The position numbers were made by a program, and so were the translations under genes. The notes beneath the pieces are model-generated. The model was not told the DNA's origin, searched no databases, and saw nothing but the letters and a program-made list of their open reading frames with translations. A stretch of DNA of 64,000 bases from an uncultured Chthonomonadaceae bacterium (GTDB lineage: Bacteria; Armatimonadota; Chthonomonadetes; Chthonomonadales; Chthonomonadaceae). Positions within the stretch are counted from its first letter, which is position 1. Every line of letters begins with the position of its first letter. Positions 53,031 through 63,311 of the stretch are shown here, piece after piece. The stretch spans positions 1,152,001-1,216,000 of the forward strand of contig CAWFQB010000001.1 in assembly GCA_963817895.1 (NCBI GenBank). The letters are read 5' to 3'.

Positions 53031-54005
53031 TCAACCGGCAACCGGTGCTGTGCCTTCGCCAACGGGCAACGCAGGCGCATTGATCCAGACGACGTCGGGT
53101 AACTGCCCCGCCTGCGGACGCTCTCGAAAGCGTTGCGGATGCGCGGCATAGGCGTTATCTAACGTGACTTGCCGCTGCGCCAATACCTGCGTTGCTTCGC
53201 CGAAATGCACCTGTTCGGGCGTAAGCAACACCAAGCCGGTATGGTGGTGGCACGTATTGTACCCGACAAAGTAGTCCTGGCAGAACGTCTGCGCGTCTTC
53301 CTGGCTGCTAAAGCGCTCCGGGAAGTAGGCGCTGTACTTCATCGTTTTGAACCCGGCTTCCGAGTACGGGTTGTCGTTGCTGACACGCGGGCGGCTGTGC
53401 GAACGGGTCACCTGCAACGAAAGTAAGAGCTGCGCTACCGACTGGCTTTTCATCGGCCCGCCGCGATCCGCATGGAGGGTGAGTTGGTTAGGCGCGATGT
53501 TGTATTTACGACAGGTTTCTTGCAGCAGCTTGTGCGCCAGGTATTGACACTCCCGGTCTGCGAGCATCCAGCCGACCACATAACGACTGTAGATGTCCAT
53601 AACCACATATAAGTAATAGAAGCGACCCCGAATGGGCGTCTTCAAGTAGGTGATGTCCCATGTCCACACCTGATTAGGGCCGGTTGCCTTAAGTTCAGGT
53701 TTGCTATACGCCGGATGCCTGCGAACCCGCCGACGCTCACAGATGGCTTGGTGTTCGTGCAGCAGGCGATACATCGTGCGATAGGAAGCGTGATACACGC
53801 CTTCTTGCAGCAATTGCGCATACACCTGCCGGGGCGAAGCGTCTACAAAGCGTTCCGACAAGAGTAGATTGAGCAACAGGGCGCGTTCCTCTTCCGACAA
53901 GCGGCGAGGAGAACCCCGTTGTGCTTTGGGAACAAGGACGCCTTCTTGGATTGTGCCCGTACCAGCGTGTTGCTCCCGGTAGAAGCGGGCGCGGCTCAGT
54001 TGCAC
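53031..54005 (-). CDS. IS3 OrfB integrase-core transposase
   Basis: PNQVWTWDIT, DIYSRYVVGW, HADRG, DNPYSEAGFKTMK. Confidence 0.92.
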   Translation of the reverse strand: MQLSRARFYREQHAGTGTIQEGVLVPKAQRGSPRRLSEEERALLLNLLLSERFVDASPRQVYAQLLQEGVYHASYRTMYRLLHEHQAICERRRVRRHPAYSKPELKATGPNQVWTWDITYLKTPIRGRFYYLYVVMDIYSRYVVGWMLADRECQYLAHKLLQETCRKYNIAPNQLTLHADRGGPMKSQSVAQLLLSLQVTRSHSRPRVSNDNPYSEAGFKTMKYSAYFPERFSSQEDAQTFCQDYFVGYNTCHHHTGLVLLTPEQVHFGEATQVLAQRQVTLDNAYAAHPQRFRERPQAGQLPDVVWINAPALPVGEGTAPVAG

Positions 54006-54058
54006 CGCATCACAGGCGCGGCCAATCCCGGTCGTTGCGCCCGCTTCGGCAACCAGGC

Positions 54059-54505
54059 TTATTCGGGCGGCGTTTCTTCCAGTGTCAGGTCGAGCAAGGC
54101 CGCTACTTTTTTTTGGAGTTCCAGCAGAACGCGCAGTTTCTGGTTCTCGGTTTCCAGAGCGGCCATCCTGCGGGCATCGCGTTGGCGGGCGGCTTCTTTG
54201 TCTTTGCGCTGCTTCTGCGCCTGGGCAGAGTTCTTCTCGCCCAACTGACCCGCCTCGCGCAGTTTGCGGAAGTTGGCAAGCGTGGAGGAGTACAGCCCTT
54301 CGCGGCGAAGCAGCGCCCCCAACTCTCCCGGCTTGACGCAGGCGTCGGCTTCTTTAAGGATGCGCAGCTTGTACGCAGCGGTAAAGCGGCGGCGCGTGGG
54401 GCGCGTTTGCACCTGCGCCTCCGGGCGCAGCGCGGGGGAGGGCGCGCTGTGGTGTCCATTGTTGGTGAGGCGAGTGGTTGGGCTGTCTGTCAACGGCGTA
54501 TTCAT
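54059..54505 (-). CDS. IS3 OrfA
   Basis: RRRFTAAYKLRILKEAD..GELGALLRREGLYSS. A8G slippery site at 54106-54114 leads by a -1 shift into the OrfB frame. Confidence 0.9.
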   Translation of the reverse strand: MNTPLTDSPTTRLTNNGHHSAPSPALRPEAQVQTRPTRRRFTAAYKLRILKEADACVKPGELGALLRREGLYSSTLANFRKLREAGQLGEKNSAQAQKQRKDKEAARQRDARRMAALETENQKLRVLLELQKKVAALLDLTLEETPPE

Positions 54506-55776
54506 CTGAGAAATCCATTCTCCGCCCTGGCGATCTACACTATTTCGTGTACGGGATTTTGTCTCAACCTATTGTGGCACACAGGGGTTTATCTTGGATT
54601 TGGACTACGTGATCCAGATTTTATCTTATTACGTGATGTTCTTGCCAATACATGGAAAGGCGGAGTGCGAGATCATTACGCCGTTATGGCTGATGTAGGG
54701 GCGGGTGAAATCAACTACTGGCGCAAAAACTACGGGATTCACCTGATTACATATCAAACAACGGAGCGGCCTGAAGGAGGGCGCGACCACTCAAATTTGT
54801 TAGCTCTCCTTGATGATCTAGCTGCGCCAAAGCTATCTGAGGCTCAGCCAGATAATTCAGCAGACGACCGATCATCTTTAATTTTGCCTCTACTACGTTA
54901 CGCAAACGGCTTAACTCACGTCAATTTAGTTACACCAGAGTGGCCTTTGCGCGTTCACACTGCCAGAAACTTCAAAACTTACAACACTGAAATTTTCTTC
55001 AATTCATGGGATCATAAATCGATCAGTACATTCTTGGATGAGGGGCCACAACGCGCTTTACTTGTTGGCTTGCCGGGGTCGGGTAAGACTTACAGGTTCC
55101 AACAAGCCGCCGCACGGCTGGCTCAGAATTTGCATGACGCATGTTTAGCAGATTCGCCGTTGCTCGATGACGCAATCATTCCTATCTTAGCCGATATGAA
55201 ATTGTACACAGGCGACTTAGTTACCCTTCTTGAAGCCAACCTCCCCGCAGAAGTAACTTTCACGAGTATCGCTGACCAATTTCGCGTAAAGGTGTTTTTG
55301 GACTCATTCAACGAGATGCCGCGTGATCCGTGGGAGCGCGGCTCCCACGAGAGAGATTTCACAACATTTCTAAACAAGTTTCCAGCCGTCAGCATAATTG
55401 TTGGCTCACGCTCTGACGATGGTCTTGGGAGGTTTGAACTACCTACCTACGCCTTAGATCAGATAGATGAAAACTTTCTTATTCAAGAACTCGAACGTCG
55501 TAAGATTTCATCTTGCTGGTCGCTTTAAGCGCGAACTCCTTGCACTATTGCAAAAGCCTTTTTATTTCCAGTTGGTTGCTAGCGGTGCGGTCCAAATTCC
55601 ATCCTACCCCCATCCACGAGACTTCTATCGTTCATATTTCGAGAACCTTTCATTGGCTTTCTCCGAACGCTTCGGTGCATCGTTAGATTTAGAGCAAATG
55701 TTATCCGTAGCTGCCTATGAGGCTATCAACAAGGGCGAAGAAGCGCAGCCAGTCCAGCTATTCTTTCAGGCGCTAA

Positions 55777-55899
55777 TGGACAAACCAGATAAAGATTGTA
55801 CTATGGCGGGGTTCCGAGTGTTGAAAACACCCGTCTGAGTGGCGTTCCGCCAAGCGTCCTACGGACGCGGGATTGTACAATGTCCAAGTGGTTTGTCCA
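55777..55899. mobile_element. 123-bp MITE-like element with three-hairpin core (copy 3, different TIR)
   Basis: TIRs TGGACAAACCA / TGGTTTGTCCA, TAA duplicated at 55774-55776 and 55900-55902. Removal gives the contiguous peptide QALRKEM. Confidence 0.85.
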
Positions 55900-57829
55900 T
55901 AAGAAAAGAGATGCAGTCTACAGGTATCAGCGATATCACCGTAGATGAAGTCACACAATGGCTCGTCAGTAAGTCTGTCCTTTTGCCATATTCAGGAAGT
56001 CGGGTCGCGTTCTTTCATCAATCCGTGACCGAGTATCTAGCAGCGGGTGAACTTGCTAGCCGATATCAAGACTCCCCTCAAATGCTGAGAGAAAAACTGA
56101 CCCTTACGCGATGGGATCAAGCACTTTTTCTAGCGTTGAGTAGGTTGCCAGCTACAGAGGCAGATGCTTTTCTTGGCGCAGTTGCAGACGCTGACTTTTC
56201 ACTGGCATTAAGAGCAACAAAATATGTTGAAACCAACGTGGAACAGATTGTTGAGAAATTGCTTTCAGAGGTTCCTAACCGCATAGAAACTCGCAACGAT
56301 TTCTACCATCATTTCGAATATGCTCTACAGGTTCATGTACCTGTATCAGCAATCCATGAGCCAGTTCTACGCGCAATTGCAAATTGCGGGAATTCTATTG
56401 GTGCTTCTGCAATGGAGCGCTTATTTGAACTGAAGGGGGTTTCATTCAAAGATGAATTACTCCAATCCCTCGTTGAACGGCGTTCTGATTTTAACTACTG
56501 TTCTGCAATCGGGCGATTTTTTAAATCCTACATCACCAATGAGGATATTAAACGCATTTCAGAATTGGCCGACGCTATTGAATGTGAAATGGATGATGAT
56601 CCAGATAATTCAGCCACTCACGGCTTTATTGCAGGTGCTGCGGAGTTGCTAGGTAACGCTGATGTAGAAATCGTAGCAAGTGTGTTTTGTACGAACACTG
56701 CGGATCGAGAGCCTTCTCGCGCTCACACCCGCATTGTCTTGGATTATCTACGAAGCCAGCACTCGACAGCATCTTTAGAATTTGCTGCTGATTTGCTAAT
56801 GCATGGTGTCGACGAGGCAGCAACTACAATTTACTTCATTGCTCGATTTTGCAAGAACAAAAGCTCTCTTCATTGGGATGTGTTTGGAAAGCCACATGTT
56901 GAACGTCTAATTGGCCTGTGCAAAAATACCAAGAATACGTCTTGGGGGCTTCCTGCATTAAAGTGCCTTTGTGAAGTGCGAAATGACATAGCTGATGTAG
57001 TCAAAGAATGTGCCGTACATACTGTTGGGTTGACCAAAGTTGCACTGCTTTATGCTGGGTATGGACAAGAGACAGAGCCAGTTTTCGCTGCGTTAAGCGA
57101 AGTTTTACATATGAATCGAGAAGAGTTATTGGCAGAAAATTCATTACTTCTGCAACAATTGGAGTTGAACTGGATAGGCCACGAAGGCCTTTTTGTCCAA
57201 TTGCTCAAGTTGCGTAATTCAATCTTTGCCTTCCACCTCATTGATGGCGTTGCAATGCACAATGAAAAAGAACATATTGGAGTAATTGAAATTGGAGCCA
57301 TAGAGTGGTGGTTGGAGTGGCTATCTTCTAAAGTTAATCCAGAAAAGCACTGGTGGTTTCAAAATCGCCTTTCCCTGCTCTTTGCCTATGCGCTGAAAAC
57401 TGAAACAAAAGACGCTTTCCTTGCAGAGTTCAATAAGAGGGGATCGATATATCGGGAGGTTTTGGCTCAGACTATCCTGTTGGCTCGTGCTGATCTATCT
57501 ACAGATGACTTCAGCGAAGACGCCCTCTCCTACCTATTACAGAGTTTATTGGAAAGTAGCGCTAATATATCACTGGGCCACCTTTTAGGACATACCGCAA
57601 CAGAGACATTTGTAACTGAACGCCTTATGCCTCTTTATTTAACTGCGCAGGAGCCACTCAAGACTAATCTAATGGCTATCTTAGCACAAGCAGGGTCCCG
57701 ACATGGACGCCGATATATCCTATCATAGAAATTGGTGATAGGTTCAGAAGAGGCTTCCGAATAATGAATCTATAGATTTTGTATCTTCTGCGACAGTATA
57801 TCATGCCTGATTACGCGAGCCCAAAGGCA

Positions 57830-57867
57830 AAAGCGTAGGTTTCCCAATATTTGGAAACCTACGCTTT
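57830..57867. terminator. Bidirectional terminator
   Basis: AAAGCGTAGGTTTCC ... GGAAACCTACGCTTT between convergent genes. Confidence 0.75.
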
Positions 57868-57894
57868 ACTGCATCAAGGGTGGCAAGTTACGCT

Positions 57895-59307
57895 TTAGGC
57901 GCGATGCCTTTGTAGGCAGCGTCGGCCAGTCCGGGGAGTTCGCCGTCGCTGTCGCCGAAACTGCTGACGGGGACGCCCATGCGGGTCGCCATGCCCCGGT
58001 ACAGGTCGCACAGGGGCGTGTTCTTGCCATAGACAAGATGCCGCCCGGTTGCCAGCGTGTCGCCGCCCCTGTCCGGCCAGTACCATCGGCAGGTTGTGCG
58101 GGTCGTGGGCGTTGCCGTCCTTCATGCCGCTGCCGAGCAACACCATGCTGTTGGCAAGCAGGTTGCTGTCGCCCTCGTTGATCGCCTTCATCTTTTCCAG
58201 CATATAGGCGTACTGCTGCAAGTGCCAGATGTTGATGCGCTTGTACTCTTCCAGTTTCGTCTTGTCGTTGGAATGGTGCGAAATCTCGTGGTGGCTGCCC
58301 GACACGCCGGGTAAAAACGAGAAGTTTTTGCCGCTCACCTCGTTGCCGAACATGAACGTCGCCACGCGCGTCGAATCCGTCCAGAAGGCGAGTACCATCA
58401 GGTCGAGCATCAAGCGCACCTGTTCGGTATGGTCAATGCGCTCGTGCAGTTGCGCCGAATCCTTGTAGTAGTCCGTAATCCGCTTACCGAGTTTTTCCAC
58501 TTCCGCTTTCGCCAGCGCGTCATCGGAATAGTGGGCTTTGCGCCGCGCCGCGTCGAACGCGATCCGCTTTTCTACCGAACGAACCGACTCGAAATACTCT
58601 TCCAGTTTCAGTTTGTCGGCCTGCCCGATCTTGTTGTTCAGGCTTTTGGCGTCGTCCATCACCGCATCCAACACGCTCATGTCGTTCTGATTGGACGATT
58701 TGGCGGCAAGCGTGGAGCGGAACAGGCGGTCGAACGCAAGCTGCGGGTTGATTTCGCGGGTGACGGGCGTTGTCGGCGTACTCCACGAGATATGCGAACC
58801 GTACAAAGCCGTCAGGCCGACATTGGTATCCACATACGTTGTCGGCGGTTCCACGCTGAGTTCGAGCGAAGGCAGGGGCGTCAGGTTGCCGATATGCTGC
58901 GCGACAAGCTGATCCAGCGACACGCCGCCACAGCGCAGATTGCTGCCGGTTGTTTTCGTGATGTGCGTCCCCGTCAGCCAGGGCGCGACTTTGAAGTAGT
59001 GTCCGTCGCCGTCGTTGCTCTGCTTGTTCATCAGTTCCGTGAACACCAGAATGTCGGATTTGACGTTTTGCAGCGGTGACAGAATAGGCGATAATTCAAA
59101 ATCCGCGCCCGCGCCCTGCGGCATCCACTCATGCGGATTGACGCCGTTCGGCATATACAGCGCGGCCATGCGAACCGGCGGCTTGACCACTTTTCCGGCG
59201 GCAAACGCGGTTCCTGCCTGCATAGATTCCAGAAATGGCAGGCACAAACTCACGCCCAATCCCTTCAGCACGGTTCGGCGCGTCAATTGCGGGTTTTCAA
59301 ACGACAT
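57895..59307 (-). CDS. DUF1552 family protein (Tat signal), probable late frameshift
   Basis: LTRRTVLKG..LPFLESM, YMPNG, SLDQ, ISW..P..AFDRLF, TDSTRVAT, HHEISHH, DGNAH. Confidence 0.9.
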   Translation of the reverse strand: MSFENPQLTRRTVLKGLGVSLCLPFLESMQAGTAFAAGKVVKPPVRMAALYMPNGVNPHEWMPQGAGADFELSPILSPLQNVKSDILVFTELMNKQSNDGDGHYFKVAPWLTGTHITKTTGSNLRCGGVSLDQLVAQHIGNLTPLPSLELSVEPPTTYVDTNVGLTALYGSHISWSTPTTPVTREINPQLAFDRLFRSTLAAKSSNQNDMSVLDAVMDDAKSLNNKIGQADKLKLEEYFESVRSVEKRIAFDAARRKAHYSDDALAKAEVEKLGKRITDYYKDSAQLHERIDHTEQVRLMLDLMVLAFWTDSTRVATFMFGNEVSGKNFSFLPGVSGSHHEISHHSNDKTKLEEYKRINIWHLQQYAYMLEKMKAINEGDSNLLANSMVLLGSGMKDGNAHDPHNLPMVLAGQGRRHAGNRAASCLWQEHAPVRPVPGHGDPHGRPRQQFRRQRRRTPRTGRRCLQRHRA

Positions 59308-59321
59308 ACTTATCTCCTGTA

Positions 59322-59418
59322 GCCCTCCATCCCCGGCCCTTCCTCCCAATTCTGGGAGGAAGGGAGCAATCTCAGTTCCCCTCTCTTGGAATTGGGAGAG
59401 GGGTTAGGGGTGAGGGCT
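59322..59418. repeat. Palindromic doublet of the CCCTCACCCC family between operon genes
   Basis: GCCCTCCATCCCCGGCCCTTCCTCCCA ... GGGAGAGGGGTTAGGGGTGAGGGC. Confidence 0.75.
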
Positions 59419-61355
59419 ATTCTTTCCTGTACAAAAACGGATAACTCTTCACTATGCCGCGTATCAGAAGGGAACTGCGATAATCGTTCTTCGCCAGTTC
59501 TTGGGTGATTTTGCGGACGGCGGGCAGGTCGTAGGGTTCTAGGCCCCGGCCCAGCGCGTAAGCCAGCATTTTTTCGGTCAGGTTGCGAGCAAACTCGTCC
59601 TTTTGCGTCAGCAGGACTTGCTTCAGTTCCGTTGCGCCCGTGAACTTTTCGCCTGTTGTCAGGACGCCGGACGCATCTACGGGTTTGCCGCCAATGTCCG
59701 TCCGCCATTTGCCCGTCGCGTCGTAGTTTTCCAGTCCGAAGCCAATGGGGTCCATGCGGGCGTGGCAGCCGGCGCACTCCGGCTTGCTGCGGTGCAGTTC
59801 TAATCGCTGCCGGAACGTGATACCGCCTTTGGGCGCGTCATCGGGCGAAAGCGTGGCGACAACCGGCGGCGGAGGCGGAACGGACGCGCCCAACACTTCC
59901 GACAATACCCACTTGCCGCGCAAAACGGGACTGGTGCGCAGCGGGTACGAGGTCAGGGTTAAGATGCTCGCCTGCGTCAAAATTCCGCCGCGCCGATGGT
60001 CGGACAGGGACACGCGCCGCATCTGCGGGCCGGTCACGCCGTCAATGCCGTAATGCTTCGCAAGGTCTTCATTAACATACGTGTAATCGGCGTCCAGCAG
60101 GCGCAGCAGGCTGGCATCATCCTGAACGACGGACGCGAAAAAGTCAATGGTTTCGCCGTACATCGCGTCGCGCAGTTCGGGCGTGTACGCGGGGAACCGG
60201 CGCGTGTCGGGCTTGGCGGACGTGTACAGGTCACGCGCCTTCAGCCACTGTCCGGCAAACTGATCCGCGAACGCATGTGATTTGGGACTTTTCAGCATCC
60301 GCGCAATCTGCTGATCCAATATGACGGGCAGATGCAGCCGTTTTTGCGCCGCCAATCCGAACAACTCCTGATCCGGCATGGACGACCACAAAAAGTAAGA
60401 CAGGCGGTTGGCGATCTCGTAATCATTCAGCGGGTAAGCGTCCTGCGCGGGCCGACTCTGTTCAGCGCGGAATAAGAAATTCGGCGAAACCAGAACGGCT
60501 TTCAGCGCGAACTTCACGCTGTTGTCAAAACCTTCGTTCCGTTTGGCAGCCGCATCGTACAGGCGTAATAGCCGTTCCACTTCCGTTGCATCGGCGGGGC
60601 GGCGGTAACCTAATGTGGCGTAGCGGCTGAGAAGTTTGGCGCGCGGCTTCGCGGGCGGGAACGGTTTTGCCGGGACGGACAACAAACAAACGTTCCGGTT
60701 TGGTTTCCGCCAGTATGTCGGTTGCCGCCTGCAAATAGCGTTCCATTAAAATCGGCGGCACGAACAGAGTATCCGCGTTGTTGTCGAAACCGCCGCCCCC
60801 GCCGCCATCGGCAGGAAATTTATCGGCGGGATTGGAGGAAACGCCGAACAATTCGCGAACCGTATTGTTGTACTCCACGCGGCTCAACCGGTGCAGTAGA
60901 ACCCGGCCCGGATTTTTGGGCAGCAGGCTGTCGTCCGCGCTTGCCAATGTATGTCCGATCCACACGGAAAGCAGGTCGCGCTGTTCCATCGAAGGCTGCG
61001 GCGAACGAGCGGGCGGCATCGAGCGTCCCCGAACCTGCGCCAGAACCTTGCGCCACGTCGTTTGATCGCGCTGAATGGCGGCAACGTCGGCGTATTTCGT
61101 CAGGCTCACGCCCGCCGCGAAATTGGCCGCGCCGTGACAACTGATGCAATACTGCTGAAGCAGCGGCTTGATCTGTTTGTCATACGCGGCGGTATCAACT
61201 GGAGGCGTTTGCGCGATTTTAGGCTCGTCCGCGCCCCGCGCCCAAACCGCGCCAAACAGCAGGACGGGCAAAGTCAGCGGCACGGCAAAGCGCAGCGAAC
61301 GATGTGAGACAAGCAAACGGCAAATTCGTGCTGAAAACAAGGGCATTTCTCGCAA
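59417..61355 (-). CDS. DUF1592/DUF1588/DUF1587 cytochrome c-like protein, frameshift near 60640
   Basis: CISCH, RLSRVEYNNTV, GFDN, LVSPNFLFR, RLSYFLWSSMPD, TSPVLRGKW, CAGCH, LAYALGR. Confidence 0.9.
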
Positions 61356-61399
61356 AACGGGTTAAAATAAAGGTGAATTCTACTCCTATATGATACAAC

Positions 61400-63157
61400 A
61401 TGCGGGCGAAGGTTGCAGGTTTTGTTCGCATGGGGTGTCTTGTCGCAAGGTGGGGCAAAGTCATGCGTTCTTCATCGGGGCTATGTGGTTTCTTTCGATT
61501 GTTACTGCTTGCCCTTACCGCGATTTTCATACCAGGCGTTTCGCTATCTGTTCCCGTTTTCAGGCAGGCAACTCCGCAGCCGGTAAATCCAACAACAGCA
61601 CAGCCACCTGTACCGCCAAAACATGATCGTCTTGAGAATCTCAAACCCCAACCAAGCGGGTCGGGAGTGGTTGTGTGCGCCCCGGTTCCCACAGGAGCGG
61701 ACGCCGCGCTTGCCGAGTTCGGCGATGGATGCGGAGAGCTAATACAGTGGCACCTGTCTAATTACGGGACGCTGGGCAAAATGCCGATGCTGGATCGCGT
61801 CTTTGAAACCATGAAGAACAACAAGTTGCCGAACTTGCGTCTGCATGACAACGCGGCGCGGGCGTTCGGCAAGGCTATGGGCGTGACGCATGTTGTCACG
61901 GGAACTATAACGGGCAATCAGAAGCAGTGTACTCTCACCTATCAGCTGATTGCCCTTGCTGCCGGGAAAGCCGCCGGAGAACCCATACGCCTTTCGGGAA
62001 CCCCGGAAGAGGTCGTGGGGCAATTGCCACAAACGATTCAAACGCTGGCGAAGCAGCTGGACATTAAGTTCCCGGTCATGCCATCTATGACGCGCCTGAA
62101 TTGGGATGATGTCCGCGCTATCGGGCATTACGACTGGAATACGCTTGCCGACATTCCCCGCGCAGAAGCGGCGCGGCTGGCGCAGGCGGGCGCGCATAAC
62201 TCGCTGGCGGCCTTTATGGTAAAGTCCAAATCGCTCTGGATGAGCGATGAGGAGGAGGCCAAAGCGCAGGCGGTGTTGAACGAAGCCGCCCCGAAGCACC
62301 TTCTCCTGCTTGCCGAACTGGTGATTGCGCTGTCCGCGCCCCCGGAAAAGTATGCGACTGAAATTCAAAATTTTCACGATTCGTATTCTATGAACTTCAT
62401 CGCAAGTCTGCTGTACTCTCGTCTGGAACGAACGCGAGGAGACAAACATGGGGAGGAGGCGATAGCAGCGTGGGCTGTGGTTTGCGCGATAGATAATCCT
62501 CAATCCTGGATGACTCTGGCGCAGGTTATTTCCCGTCGCGCTGAGGAACTTCGCGGCGGTCGGGTTATTGGCGACATAAGCGCCAATGACATGTTGAATT
62601 TGCAATACGCATACGAGGAACGGACGTCGGCTCTGACGCATGCCCTCGCCCTGTCCCCTCAGAATGGACGCGCCTGGCAAGCGTTTGCCGTAGCCGCCAC
62701 CTTCCTGGGGGATGAGCAATCGGCTACGGGCGCGTTCCGGCAGGCTGTGGCATTGCAACCCGACTCGTTTGAAACGCTCTACTGGGGCACGGAAATGTTT
62801 CAGCCGAAATGGTTTGACAGGCGCGGGGAACTGGTGAAAGTCCTTGCGGCGATACAATCCGCGCATTTTCAATTCGCTGAAGAGGCCTTGCAGATGGCGG
62901 CGCATTTGGAGGACATGGAGCAGTCCGGTTTGCTGGACCCGTCGCAAAAACGCGGGCAGAAGTTAATCGCCGCATACGCCGCCCGAACCGAAGCGCAGCT
63001 CAAACGTTCGCCGGACAGTGTGCTTTGCTACCGTAATCTGACGACTCTGTACACCGCTACGGGACGCAAGAAGGAGGCTCTCGCCCTGTTCAAAGAGTGG
63101 GTGGCTAAAGGGCCGAAACGCGCTGCCGTCGAGCAGAAAATGATGGAACTGCAATAA
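61400..63157 (+). CDS. Secreted or membrane-anchored hypothetical protein with TPR-like C-terminus
   Basis: 585-aa ORF with an N-terminal hydrophobic helix and AWQAFA..A..AF.QAVALQP TPR-like helices. Start uncertain. Confidence 0.7.
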   Translation: MRAKVAGFVRMGCLVARWGKVMRSSSGLCGFFRLLLLALTAIFIPGVSLSVPVFRQATPQPVNPTTAQPPVPPKHDRLENLKPQPSGSGVVVCAPVPTGADAALAEFGDGCGELIQWHLSNYGTLGKMPMLDRVFETMKNNKLPNLRLHDNAARAFGKAMGVTHVVTGTITGNQKQCTLTYQLIALAAGKAAGEPIRLSGTPEEVVGQLPQTIQTLAKQLDIKFPVMPSMTRLNWDDVRAIGHYDWNTLADIPRAEAARLAQAGAHNSLAAFMVKSKSLWMSDEEEAKAQAVLNEAAPKHLLLLAELVIALSAPPEKYATEIQNFHDSYSMNFIASLLYSRLERTRGDKHGEEAIAAWAVVCAIDNPQSWMTLAQVISRRAEELRGGRVIGDISANDMLNLQYAYEERTSALTHALALSPQNGRAWQAFAVAATFLGDEQSATGAFRQAVALQPDSFETLYWGTEMFQPKWFDRRGELVKVLAAIQSAHFQFAEEALQMAAHLEDMEQSGLLDPSQKRGQKLIAAYAARTEAQLKRSPDSVLCYRNLTTLYTATGRKKEALALFKEWVAKGPKRAAVEQKMMELQ

Positions 63158-63171
63158 GGCTGTTTTCGAGA

Positions 63172-63260
63172 AGCCCTCAACCCCTGGCCCCTTCTCCCAA
63201 AAAAGCCTGGGAGAAGGGGAAATGCGGAATCTGGGGGAAGGGGAACCTGTTGGATAGGCT
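63172..63260. repeat. Palindromic repeat of the CCCCTTCTCCC family with MITE-like end
   Basis: GCCCTCAACCCCTGGCCCCTTCTCCCA..TGGGAGAAGGGG ... CCTGTTGGATAGGCT. Confidence 0.75.
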
Positions 63261-63311
63261 GTTTTCAACAGAGATATTTCACAAATACAATTGCAGGCGA
63301 GGGACACAAAT

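Larger units (their letters stand above)
52961..54585 (-). mobile_element. IS3-family insertion sequence, about 1625 bp
   Basis: GGTT duplicated at 52957-52960 and 54586-54589. Imperfect subterminal IRs TGTGTCAAGGATTTTGAGACAAAA / TTTTGTCTCAACCTATTGTGGCACA. Removal restores the SIR2 frame. Confidence 0.9.
52370..57728 (+). pseudogene. SIR2-like + NACHT/STAND NTPase protein (about 1200 aa reconstructed), interrupted by IS3, MITE and one indel
   Basis: LFIGSGIS, FITTNYDRLLE, KPHGD, RRVV|YLGFGLRDPDF rejoined across the IS. Walker A GLPGSGKT, Walker B VFLDSFNE, FFHQSVTEYLAA. Confidence 0.85.

Noticed and set aside
53921..54589. N-terminal part of the 535-aa ORF 53921..55528
   Set aside because: It is the antisense of IS3 sequence. 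Only 54590 onward belongs to the SIR2-NACHT gene.
55836..55838. Selenocysteine codon or alternative genetic code
   Set aside because: The TGA lies inside a TSD-bounded insertion, not at a conserved protein position, and TGA ends other genes here (rarA, lipB).
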